A stretch of DNA of 64,000 nucleotides from contig CAZGIW010000003.1 in assembly GCA_964526285.1 (NCBI GenBank), positions 8,468-72,467 of the forward strand, in the 5' to 3' direction. The notes below the pieces were generated by a model. It had not been told where the DNA came from, made no database searches, and saw only the letters and a program-made list of their open reading frames with translations. Position 1 is the stretch's first letter; the number at the start of each line of letters is the position of its first letter. Source of the stretch: an uncultured Bacteroidales bacterium. Lineage in GTDB: Bacteria > Bacteroidota > Bacteroidia > Bacteroidales > DTU049. Made by a program: the position numbers and the translations under genes. Positions 20,246-28,743 of this stretch are shown here, piece after piece.

Positions 20246-22327
20246 ATGAACAAAAATTTACCAAAAGAAAAGAAAAAAGACCTTGCAAGTCCTAGAAGCA
20301 TTGTTTTTTTTGCAGCGTTGCTTTTTGCTGTGATGTTTTTCACAGTGAAAACATCCAATGCCCAAACCTGTGATTACAATGTTCCTTTTTCAGGAAACAA
20401 CTCAATTACTGCCTCTTCGGGGTTTATCTGTGATCATGCTGGTTTTGGCGTTAATTATTCCGATAATGCAAATGGATATACAATCATTAATCCTGTTGTA
20501 CCAACACACTATGTTCGTTTAAACTTCACTCATTTTGAGCTTGAAGGTTGCTGTGATTATGTTACTGTTTATGATGGGGCTGGCTTGTCAGGTACTGTTT
20601 TATTTAGTGGGTTCGGCACAACCATGCCTCCTGAGCTTACATCATCTACTGGCCCGCTAACAATTTCATTTACCTCTGATTATAGTGTTGTTTATCCTGG
20701 TTTCAGGGCAGAAATTTCAAATATTATATGTGTTGATTTTCTGGAAACTGAGAGTGGAGTAATTTGTGATAATGAAACATTCAACTGGAGAGGTAATGTT
20801 TATTCTACAACCGGTATTTATTATGACAGTTTGGTCTCTGTTTTGGGCTGTGACAGTGTTTACAGGTTAAACCTGACTGTTAACCCAACTCCCGATGCTC
20901 CTATTAATATTTCTGCCACACCTTCAACACTTTGTTATGGTAGCACAACTACACTTAGTGCAACAGCCACAACTGATTCAGTGTATTGGTACACTCAGGC
21001 AACCGGAGGAGTTGATATAGGTGCAAGTGCTAGCGGCGCAGGTTTTGTTGTAACTCCTGACTCAACAACCACATATTATGCTGAAGCATATAGTTCTGGT
21101 TTAACTGTATCAAATATCCTGGTTCTTGACGTAGAATGTAGCTCTTCTCACTGGCTTACTCCTTATGCTGATGCCCTGGACAGCCTTGGTTTAACTAATG
21201 TAAGTACTACTGATGAAGCAACATTTATTAATTACCTGAATGACGGAACAATCTGGGATTTGGTTATTTATAATCAATATTTGGATGCGAGTTTGGGCTC
21301 TACTTTTCAAGATCTATATGATTATCTGGTTTCCGGAGGAAAGCTTATCTATTCAAGCTGGGATTTACAAACCACCGCAGCAGCCACAAATTTATATAAT
21401 CAAATGGGTATATCTGCAAGCACAGAATATAGTGTTCCTCTTAACATGTATTGCTGGGATACAATACACCCCGTGTTTAGTTTCCCAAACACAATCCCAA
21501 CTTCGCTTATCCCAACATTTGACCCTTGTAATTCAGACGGACAATTGCTTACCATTCTGCCCGGTGCAGAGGCTGTGGCAGGATATACTGCCTTAGAAAC
21601 TCCCGGTCAGGCAGGAATTGTGGTAAATCAATCAGAATCAAGTATTTATATGGGACAAGTTCCTTTTGTTTTCTCATCAACTGATCTCATTGAACTTCTT
21701 GAAAATCAAATTCATTTTCTTCTTTATAGCTCAATGTGTCCCTCAGCTACACGCACCCCTGTCACTGTTACAGTGAATCAATTACCTGCTGCAGCAGGAA
21801 CAATTTCAGGCTCAGATTTTGTCTGTCAGGGAGCAACGGCCGTGCCATACAATGTACCTGCAATTGCAAATGCAGTAGATTATGTATGGGAATTTTCGGG
21901 AACAGGAGCAACCATAAATGGAACAACCTCCAATGTCACCATTGATTTTGATGCAGTTGCTACATCAGGAAATCTTACTGTAAAAGGTTCAAATACTTGC
22001 GGAGAAGGTGTTGTTTCTGCTGATTTCGCAATAACTCTTGATCCCTGCTCAGGAATTGATGAAGAGAATGCAGACATCAAGGTTGAAATTATCCCCAATC
22101 CAAGCGACGGGCAGTTTTCTTGTTTGATAAATACTGACAAAACACAGCTCTGCAAACTTAACATTAATGATATAAACGGAAAAACTGTGTGGTCAGAAGA
22201 GCTGACTATTCAGGCCGGAGCCAACAAAATTGAACTGAATATGGTTCACCTTGCAAACGGAACATATTTCCTGAGCGGGCAGACTGAAGCCTATTTTTTC
22301 AAAAAAGTTCTCGTCATTAAAAAATAA
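20246..22327 (+). CDS. T9SS cargo protein with a CUB-like domain, Ig/PKD-like domains and a T9SS C-terminal sorting domain.
   Basis: The CUB-like signature is YVRLNFTHFELEGCCDYVTVYDGAG. The PKD-like region is GSDFVCQGATAVPYNV...NLTVKGSNTCGEG. The C-terminus is IIPNPSDGQFS...NDINGKTV...LANGTYFL. Confidence 0.7.
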   Translation: MNKNLPKEKKKDLASPRSIVFFAALLFAVMFFTVKTSNAQTCDYNVPFSGNNSITASSGFICDHAGFGVNYSDNANGYTIINPVVPTHYVRLNFTHFELEGCCDYVTVYDGAGLSGTVLFSGFGTTMPPELTSSTGPLTISFTSDYSVVYPGFRAEISNIICVDFLETESGVICDNETFNWRGNVYSTTGIYYDSLVSVLGCDSVYRLNLTVNPTPDAPINISATPSTLCYGSTTTLSATATTDSVYWYTQATGGVDIGASASGAGFVVTPDSTTTYYAEAYSSGLTVSNILVLDVECSSSHWLTPYADALDSLGLTNVSTTDEATFINYLNDGTIWDLVIYNQYLDASLGSTFQDLYDYLVSGGKLIYSSWDLQTTAAATNLYNQMGISASTEYSVPLNMYCWDTIHPVFSFPNTIPTSLIPTFDPCNSDGQLLTILPGAEAVAGYTALETPGQAGIVVNQSESSIYMGQVPFVFSSTDLIELLENQIHFLLYSSMCPSATRTPVTVTVNQLPAAAGTISGSDFVCQGATAVPYNVPAIANAVDYVWEFSGTGATINGTTSNVTIDFDAVATSGNLTVKGSNTCGEGVVSADFAITLDPCSGIDEENADIKVEIIPNPSDGQFSCLINTDKTQLCKLNINDINGKTVWSEELTIQAGANKIELNMVHLANGTYFLSGQTEAYFFKKVLVIKK

Positions 22328-22360
22328 TACAGATAAAGCTCAATCTTTTTTTGTGTTTAA

Positions 22361-22395
22361 AAAGAATCCCGTATGCTGCACGGGATTCTTTTTCT
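22361..22395 (+). terminator. Rho-independent terminator.
   Basis: The stem GAATCCCGT / ACGGGATTC is followed by TTTTTCTTT. Confidence 0.7.
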
Positions 22396-22462
22396 TTACA
22401 CATTTATTGATGTCTATAATAATCTCATATGATGATTTCAATGATTATCAGTAAAAAAAAAT

Positions 22463-22470
22463 TACATTTG
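22463..22470 (+). promoter_or_regulatory. -7 promoter box (TAnnTTTG).
   Basis: TACATTTG lies 17 nt upstream of the ATG at 22488. Confidence 0.45.
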
Positions 22471-22487
22471 CAAAATAAGTTTCTGCA

Positions 22488-24290
22488 ATGATTATCCTGA
22501 GTTTTATTTCCCTACTCAAAGAAATTGACGCTAAACTGCTGCTGTTTATCAATGGTGCACATTCTGATTTTGCTGATGTGCTGATGTTTGGAGTCAGCAA
22601 TAAATACACCTGGATTCCCCTGTATTTACTTATACTATGGCTGGTGTGGAAGCATTACGGAAAAAAAGGAATCTGGGTTGTTCTGTCATTTGCACTGGCA
22701 GTGACTTTGGCCGACCAGATTTCGGTGCATCTTTTTAAGAATGTGTTTCAGCGCTATCGGCCATGCCATAATCTCGACCTACAGGGACTTCTGCATCTGG
22801 TGAACGGAAAATGCGGAGGCAAATTTGGTTTTGTCTCATCTCATGCAGCAAATACAGCAGCAGTGGCAACAGTTGGCATATTCTTCTTTCGCAAACATGC
22901 GAAGTGGATTGTATGGGTGCTGTTAGGCTATACACTGCTCAACTGTTATTCAAGAGTGTATATGGGCGTGCATTATCCTTCTGATGTGGTGGGCGGTTTT
23001 TTTCTAGGTGTAGCAGGCGGATTGATAGCCTCAATTATTGTTACATTCGTTGGAAAAATGAAGAAAAATATATTTGCAACAATAGTGTTGGTTTTTATTG
23101 GCTTAAATGCCCAACCTCAGCAGTATGGTTGCACTGACCCGATTGCCTTGAACTTTGATTCACTGGCAACACATAACGATGGATCATGTGAGTATGAAGC
23201 ATCTTCTGTAACTCCAAGTGAGTCGATAAGTTTGCCATCTGTTATGCAGGAAACTTCAGGATTGATGTATTTTAACAACACTTTTTGGACCCATAACGAC
23301 GATACAGACACACACCTGTATTCTTTTCAAACTACAAATACTGATGATTATGTTGAATACCTGCTTCAGAATGTGATAAATATTGACTGGGAAGAAATTA
23401 CCCAAGATAGCAATTATGTTTATTTGGGAGATGTGGGGAATAACAGTAATGGAAACAGAACAGACTTGAAAATCCTAAGAATCGAAAAACAGTCTTTGCT
23501 AAATCATACTCCTGTTGTTGATACTATTTCCTTTTTTTATTCTGATCAGTCAGATTTTTCAGGAAGTGGTTCCAATAATACGGATTTTGATTGCGAAGCT
23601 TTCGTTGTGTTTGGTGACAGCATTTTTCTCTTTACAAAACAATGGATAGGGGAAAAAACAAAAGTATATTCTTTTCCAAAAACCCCAGGCACTTATGAGG
23701 CTGTTCATATTGAAGAATATGATGTTCAGGGACTTATCACCGGAGCTTGCTTCCATGAGGATAAAAACATAGTTGTTTTGTGTGGATATAGCCCCACCCT
23801 TGATCCTTTCATTTATATTCTCTATGATTTTCAAATGAATCGATTTTTTAGCGGAAATAAAAGAATGATTAGTTTGCAACTTCCTTTTCATCAAGTAGAG
23901 GCTATCACTTCTGAAGATTTTTATACATTTTATGTCACAAATGAATATTTTTCTTTTGGAAGCATTACTACACATCAAAAAATTCATTGCCTTGATTTGG
24001 GTCCTTTCTTCAGTGACTATTTGGGGACATCCAATATGAGAGAACCTGAATTGATACCTGAAAAAATTAGAGTGTTTCCCAATCCTGCCACTGATATACT
24101 GTATGTGGATATGCCAAAGGATGCAGGTGGTTTTGCCCACTTTGAAATTTTTGATTTGCAGGGCAGGTTGCTGGCAAAAGGCAGGCTGCATGGCAACAGC
24201 ATTGATGTTTCAAGCTTGACGCAGGGCATGTATATCGTCACCCTAGAAACAGGTGGACAAAGACACAGCGTGAAATTGGAGAGGGAGTGA
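22488..24290 (+). CDS. PAP2-family membrane phosphatase (aa 1-190) continuous in frame with a T9SS-sorted beta-propeller-like extracytoplasmic protein (aa 191-600).
   Basis: PAP2 motifs are present (RYRPCH, SSHAAN, RVYMGVHYPSDV). At codon 191 (nt 23058) a signal-peptide-like MKKNIFATIVLVFIGLNAQ begins with no intervening stop. The C-terminus FPNPATDILYVDM...FDLQGRLL...LTQGMYIVTLE is a T9SS sorting domain. Confidence 0.6.
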   Translation: MIILSFISLLKEIDAKLLLFINGAHSDFADVLMFGVSNKYTWIPLYLLILWLVWKHYGKKGIWVVLSFALAVTLADQISVHLFKNVFQRYRPCHNLDLQGLLHLVNGKCGGKFGFVSSHAANTAAVATVGIFFFRKHAKWIVWVLLGYTLLNCYSRVYMGVHYPSDVVGGFFLGVAGGLIASIIVTFVGKMKKNIFATIVLVFIGLNAQPQQYGCTDPIALNFDSLATHNDGSCEYEASSVTPSESISLPSVMQETSGLMYFNNTFWTHNDDTDTHLYSFQTTNTDDYVEYLLQNVINIDWEEITQDSNYVYLGDVGNNSNGNRTDLKILRIEKQSLLNHTPVVDTISFFYSDQSDFSGSGSNNTDFDCEAFVVFGDSIFLFTKQWIGEKTKVYSFPKTPGTYEAVHIEEYDVQGLITGACFHEDKNIVVLCGYSPTLDPFIYILYDFQMNRFFSGNKRMISLQLPFHQVEAITSEDFYTFYVTNEYFSFGSITTHQKIHCLDLGPFFSDYLGTSNMREPELIPEKIRVFPNPATDILYVDMPKDAGGFAHFEIFDLQGRLLAKGRLHGNSIDVSSLTQGMYIVTLETGGQRHSVKLERE

Positions 24291-24372
24291 GCATGCCCCG
24301 TTCAATATAAAAGGGTTTTCTTTTTTGAAAAAAGGACTAGAACGAAGGGGCATCACCCTTAGAAAAATATTG

Positions 24373-24380
24373 TACATTTG
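24373..24380 (+). promoter_or_regulatory. -7 promoter box (TAnnTTTG).
   Basis: TACATTTG lies 16 nt upstream of the ATG at 24397. This supports that start over the track's 24325. Confidence 0.45.
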
Positions 24381-24396
24381 TTTCAAAATTGCCATT

Positions 24397-25710
24397 ATGA
24401 AAATCTTCAAATTTGTTTCTTGTTTTTTTATTCTGCTCCCCTCTTTTTTGTTTTCACAACAATATGAAGTCACATTCAGCGGTACAGGCTCTGCAACAAT
24501 TGTAGATTCTGTCAGGGTGTATAATCTAAATCAGGGGACTTCACTTGTTATGCCCGGATACGACACACTGATACTCTCATCAACGGTGGGTTTATATCAG
24601 CATCACATACATAAAAACAGCATAAAGGTTTACCCCAATCCGGTAGCTGAAAGAAGTACTTTTGAATTAGTATCCGTAAAGGAAGATAATTTCTTTATCA
24701 AAATCATTGATATTTCCGGTCGTGTGCACGCTTTTTTACAAATGAACTTATGTGCCGGTAAACATCTTTTAGAATTTGGAGGACTAAACTCTGGGGTTTA
24801 TTTTTTAGTGATAAGTAGTTCTGAATATATCGGTTTTGAAAAATTTATTGTTTTTTCTGACAACAAGGGTGCTCCGTTTATTTATTACTCTGAAAAAGCA
24901 AATATCCCTCCTGCAAAAACCACAAAAACAATCCATCTTATGAATTATCAAACCGGCGATCGTATTCTTTTCAGGGGCATATCAGGCAATTATGCACGAA
25001 TTGTTACCTTGATTGCCACACAGGATGAAACAGTGGATTTTCTTTTTCTGCCATGCACAGATGCTGACAATCATCATTATTCTATTGTGACAATTGGCAC
25101 ACAAACCTGGATGGCTGAAAATCTGAAAACCACAAAATATAATGACGGAACACCAATTCCATATTGGGCTGGTGGAAATGGAATCACGACCCCTGCTCAC
25201 ACCTGGTACAACGGAAATCCATTTAGCGGTGATTCATTGGGTTATATTGGACAATATGGAATGCTCTACAACTGGTATGCAGTTGATACAACAAGCAACG
25301 GAAATAAAAATCCATGTCCCAACGGATGGAGAATTCCAACCAACAACGAATGGATTATATTGACCAATTATCTCATAGATAATGGATATAATTTCGACGG
25401 AACAACTTCTTTCAACAAAGTTGGAAAATCATTGGCTGCAACTACTACATGGGACAACCATTGGACAGCAGGCAATGTGGGAACCAATCCCCATCTCAAC
25501 AACAGTACCGGTTTTTCCGGACTGGGAGCAGGCAGCAGAACTTCAACAGGAAGTTGTGAGTTTCTTGGCAACCGAACACGCTGGTGGACATCAACACAAA
25601 CAACATCTCTTGAAGCATTCAGGTTGACTATAGCATATAATTCAAACCTGCTCTACAATGATTCCTTTTCTAAGGTTTTTGGGCACTCTGTTCGCTGTAT
25701 TCTGGAATAG
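24397..25710 (+). CDS. FISUMP-domain (Fibrobacter succinogenes major paralogous domain) protein with an internal T9SS-type sorting-domain-like segment.
   Basis: It has the signal peptide MKIFKFVSCFFILLPSFLFSQQ. FISUMP hallmarks are TIGTQTWMAENLKTTKYNDGTPI, YGMLYNWYAV, CPNGWRIPTNNEW, RWWTS and SVRCI. The internal sorting-domain-like segment is VYPNPVAERSTFEL...IIDISGRV...LNSGVYFLVI. Confidence 0.75.
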   Translation: MKIFKFVSCFFILLPSFLFSQQYEVTFSGTGSATIVDSVRVYNLNQGTSLVMPGYDTLILSSTVGLYQHHIHKNSIKVYPNPVAERSTFELVSVKEDNFFIKIIDISGRVHAFLQMNLCAGKHLLEFGGLNSGVYFLVISSSEYIGFEKFIVFSDNKGAPFIYYSEKANIPPAKTTKTIHLMNYQTGDRILFRGISGNYARIVTLIATQDETVDFLFLPCTDADNHHYSIVTIGTQTWMAENLKTTKYNDGTPIPYWAGGNGITTPAHTWYNGNPFSGDSLGYIGQYGMLYNWYAVDTTSNGNKNPCPNGWRIPTNNEWIILTNYLIDNGYNFDGTTSFNKVGKSLAATTTWDNHWTAGNVGTNPHLNNSTGFSGLGAGSRTSTGSCEFLGNRTRWWTSTQTTSLEAFRLTIAYNSNLLYNDSFSKVFGHSVRCILE

Positions 25711-25720
25711 TTCTTTCTAT

Positions 25721-26473
25721 TTACCTCCTGAACTCATACAGAACTATTCCTGCTGCCATGGCTGCATTCAACGATTCGGCTTCCGAACTACGTGCAGACT
25801 CAATGGTGATTTTGTCCGTTACAAACCCTAAAATGCTTTTTGAAATGCCATGACTCTCATTTCCAATAATAATCACCGAAGGTTTTGATTTCTGTATCTG
25901 TTGAAGTGGTGTTCCGTTCAGCACTGTGGCATATATACGCACATTTTTCTCAAGTGATTGAAGTTGACTGATAAGATCTGAATAGAAAATATTTACCCTG
26001 CAAAAAGAGCCCATACTTGCCTGTATCACTTTGGGAGAATACACATCAACTGTCTCTTCGCTGCAAATGATTTGTGAAACACCAAACCAGTCACAAAGCC
26101 TTATGATGGTCCCCAAATTGCCGGGATCACGAACAGAATCAAGCATCAAAATAACTTCGTTAAATTGTGGAACTCGGGGTGTCATTTCTTTGGGAATGTT
26201 AAGTAAAGCAAGTCCAAACGAAGGTGTTGTGAGCAAGGAAATACGCTCCAACTCTGAATCGGATATTTCGGTTACATCAATGCCAGTTAATAAGTCAGCA
26301 GAAATTTCTTTCAAAGCCGAAGAGGTGAGAAACAGATCCACAATCTCAAATTTAGCTGAATCCAGAACTTCAAGAATGATTTTTTTGCCCTCAGCAATGA
26401 ACAAACCATGCTGTTTTCTGAATTTTTTGTTGTCAAGACTTCCAATAAGACTGATTTTGCTTTTTGATAACAT
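25721..26473 (-). CDS. TrmH/SpoU-family RNA 2'-O-methyltransferase.
   Basis: SpoU motifs are present: DPGNLGTIIR, IIGNESHGIS and ESLNAAMAAGIVLYE. Confidence 0.8.
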   Translation of the reverse strand: MLSKSKISLIGSLDNKKFRKQHGLFIAEGKKIILEVLDSAKFEIVDLFLTSSALKEISADLLTGIDVTEISDSELERISLLTTPSFGLALLNIPKEMTPRVPQFNEVILMLDSVRDPGNLGTIIRLCDWFGVSQIICSEETVDVYSPKVIQASMGSFCRVNIFYSDLISQLQSLEKNVRIYATVLNGTPLQQIQKSKPSVIIIGNESHGISKSILGFVTDKITIESARSSEAESLNAAMAAGIVLYEFRR

Positions 26474-26575
26474 AGTATCGAAAATTTATGCAAACATACA
26501 GTTTTTATGTTACTGTTCAGTGGTTTTTTATAAGCCACTCCCATCGGGATTCCTATGGAAGAATACACAGATTTC

Positions 26576-26725
26576 CACGAATAATCCCGTTAATTCTGCA
26601 AAAGCCATCACATTGTTTCAAATTCAGAAAAATGAAAGCAAGCTTTCTTTTCCGGAATTTGAAACATTATAAAACAAATCTGAATATTCAGATTTGTTTT
26701 CATCCATGACTTTTGCAGAAAAAAG
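26576..26725. repeat. Dispersed ~150-bp structured element, copy 1. Copy 2 is at 50644-50796.
   Basis: It aligns nearly base for base with 50644-50796. The closing stem is TTCTGCAAAAGCCAT (26594-26608) / ATGACTTTTGCAGAA (26706-20), enclosing the inner hairpins TGTTTCAAATTC/GAATTTGAAACA and AAAACAAATCTGAAT/ATTCAGATTTGTTTT. Confidence 0.8.
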
Positions 26726-26865
26726 CTCTAGTACAACATATTCGTGTTTATTAATGATTCTAAGATATAGCCAAATATTATTTCATTTTTTAATGAGAAA
26801 TTTTTTCAGGAAGATAATTTTTAAAATATTTTTACAATTTCTTGCTAAAAAACAAAAAATGTTTA

Positions 26866-26873
26866 TATCTTTG
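26866..26873 (+). promoter_or_regulatory. -7 promoter box (TAnnTTTG).
   Basis: TATCTTTG lies 37 nt upstream of the rplU ATG at 26911. Confidence 0.5.
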
Positions 26874-26910
26874 CACCCCGATTTTAAAAACAGACGAAAA
26901 AAGAAGAACC

Positions 26911-27330
26911 ATGTACGCTATAGTAAACATTTCAGGTCAGCAATTCAGGGTTGAGAACAACCGTAAATTATATGTTCACAGACAGGATGCAAATCCAGGA
27001 GACTCCATTGAGTTTAATGAGGTATTACTTATGGAAGAAGACGGAAAGGTGTTGATTGGTAAACCCTATATTGATGGAGCAAGTGTAGTTGCGAAGGTTG
27101 TTGAGCATTTGAAGGGAGATAAAGTCTTGGTTTTCAAAAAGAAACGTCGTAAAGGATATCAAAAACTCAATGGTCATCGCCAGTTTTTAACCCGCATAGA
27201 AGTTGAGGGTATTTTTTCCACAGCAGCTCCATCAAAGAAAAAGGCAACACCCAAGAAGAAAGTTGCTAAAAAAATGGATGAAGATGGAAATGATGCACAA
27301 ACAGATGTGCAAACAGACGTAAAAGAATAA
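26911..27330 (+). CDS. rplU: 50S ribosomal protein L21, with a ~35-aa Lys-rich then acidic C-terminal extension.
   Basis: MYAIVNISGQQFRV...KVLVFKKKRRKGYQKLNGHRQFLTRIEV matches L21. I moved the start from the track's 26842 to the conserved MYAIV. Confidence 0.92.
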   Translation: MYAIVNISGQQFRVENNRKLYVHRQDANPGDSIEFNEVLLMEEDGKVLIGKPYIDGASVVAKVVEHLKGDKVLVFKKKRRKGYQKLNGHRQFLTRIEVEGIFSTAAPSKKKATPKKKVAKKMDEDGNDAQTDVQTDVKE

Positions 27331-27355
27331 ATATTAACATTTAAATAATACAACC

Positions 27356-27613
27356 ATGGCTCATAAGAAAGGTGTCGGTAGTTCCAATAACGGAAGAGAG
27401 TCACAAAGCAAACGGCTCGGAGTAAAAATTTACGGTGGACAATACGCAAAGGCAGGAAATATTTTAATCAGACAAAGAGGGACGGTTCATTACCCCGGAT
27501 TGAATGTTGGGATGGGCAAGGATCACACATTGTTTGCATTGATTAACGGAAAAGTGGAATTTAAAAAAACCAGAGAAAACAGGTCGTTTGTACATATCAT
27601 TCCTGCTGAATAA
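27356..27613 (+). CDS. rpmA: 50S ribosomal protein L27.
   Basis: [24 protein letters not shown]...[10 protein letters not shown] matches L27. Confidence 0.95.
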   Translation: MAHKKGVGSSNNGRESQSKRLGVKIYGGQYAKAGNILIRQRGTVHYPGLNVGMGKDHTLFALINGKVEFKKTRENRSFVHIIPAE

Positions 27614-27638
27614 GCATAGAGTATTTTAAATAATTATC

Positions 27639-27671
27639 AGCCTTTGCTAGTAATAGCAAAGGCTTTTTTTT
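27639..27671 (+). terminator. Rho-independent terminator after rplU-rpmA.
   Basis: An 11-bp stem AGCCTTTGCTA / TAGCAAAGGCT with a 4-nt loop is followed by an 8-T run. Confidence 0.8.
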
Positions 27672-27768
27672 AACTATCACATAATTTTTTTTCAAAAAAT
27701 GTGTTTATAAGAAAATCTTTGCTAATTTAGCACCCTCAAAAAAGCATTGAAACAAAGCGAAAAAGAAA

Positions 27769-27856
27769 GGAGAGATGGCCGAGTGGTCGAAGGCGCACGC
27801 TTGGAAAGCGTGTATCCGTCGAAAGCGGATCAAGGGTTCGAATCCCTTTCTCTCCG
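27769..27856 (+). tRNA. tRNA-Ser (anticodon GGA), type II.
   Basis: The acceptor is GGAGAGA/TCTCTCC, the anticodon stem is CACGC/GCGTG with loop TTGGAAA, the variable arm is long, and the T arm is AAGGG-TTCGAAT-CCCTT. Confidence 0.93.
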
Positions 27857-27925
27857 CTCGGTAAAAAACAGAAACCAAAAAAAAAACGAATATATTAACC
27901 AATTAAAAAACTAATAGAAACAATC

Positions 27926-28741
27926 ATGAAAAAATTAATTTCATTATTCGCATTAGCATGCATGCTTACATTTGTTGTTACTACATCTGCATTTGCTCAG
28001 GCAGAAGAGGTAGAAACAGAAGAAGCAACAACAGAAGTTGTTGAAGAAGCAACAGAAGCACCGACAGAGATTCCTGCTGAAGAAGCAACAGAAGAAACAA
28101 AAACATTTCATCAGGTACTGAAAGAAAAATTTATTGAAGGTGGAGCAGGATGGATGACACCAATTCTTATCTGTCTTATTCTTGGTCTGGCATTGGTTAT
28201 TGAAAGAATTCTTTATCTAAACCTTGCTACAACCAATACAAAAAAGTTGTTGGTTCAACTTGAAGACACTCTTGCAGCTGAAGGTGTTGAAGGAGCAAAG
28301 GAGCTTTGCCGCAAAACAAGAGGACCTGTTGCAAGTATTTTCTATCAGGGACTTGATAGAATGCAGGAAAATATTGACATAATTGAAAAATCAATCGTAT
28401 CATATGGTGGTGTGCAGATGTCAAGACTGGAAAGTAACCTCACATGGATTTCTTTGTTTATTGCAATTGCACCAATGCTTGGATTTACCGGTACAGTAAT
28501 CGGGATGATTCAGGCATTTGACTCAATTGAAAAGGCAGGTGATATCTCACCAACCGTTGTTGCAGGTGGTATGAAAGTAGCTCTTTTGACAACAGTGTTT
28601 GGTTTGATAACTGCGATTCTTTTACAACTTCTCTATAACTATCTGGTTGCAAAAATTGAATCTCTTGTAAACGCAATGGAAGATTCAAGTATCAGTTTTA
28701 TGGATATAGTTGTAAAATACAAACACGATAAAAATATTTAA
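27926..28741 (+). CDS. exbB: MotA/TolQ/ExbB proton-channel family protein with an acidic low-complexity N-terminal extension.
   Basis: After the signal peptide comes a Glu/Thr/Ala-rich tract. The core then matches ExbB/TolQ (WISLFIAIAPMLGFTGTVIGMIQAF...ALLTTVFGL). Confidence 0.8.
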   Translation: MKKLISLFALACMLTFVVTTSAFAQAEEVETEEATTEVVEEATEAPTEIPAEEATEETKTFHQVLKEKFIEGGAGWMTPILICLILGLALVIERILYLNLATTNTKKLLVQLEDTLAAEGVEGAKELCRKTRGPVASIFYQGLDRMQENIDIIEKSIVSYGGVQMSRLESNLTWISLFIAIAPMLGFTGTVIGMIQAFDSIEKAGDISPTVVAGGMKVALLTTVFGLITAILLQLLYNYLVAKIESLVNAMEDSSISFMDIVVKYKHDKNI

Positions 28742-28743
28742 TT

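Noticed and set aside
23559-24191. A 210-aa minus-strand ORF.
   Set aside because: It lies antisense within the T9SS-sorted part of the 22488-24290 gene. It has no motifs and its composition is typical of antisense frames in AT-rich genomes.
26031-26672. A 213-aa plus-strand ORF.
   Set aside because: It lies antisense to the TrmH/SpoU methyltransferase gene, which has clear motifs, and it runs into the repeat element.
27705-27902. A 65-aa minus-strand ORF.
   Set aside because: It overlaps tRNA-Ser(GGA) antisense and is spurious.
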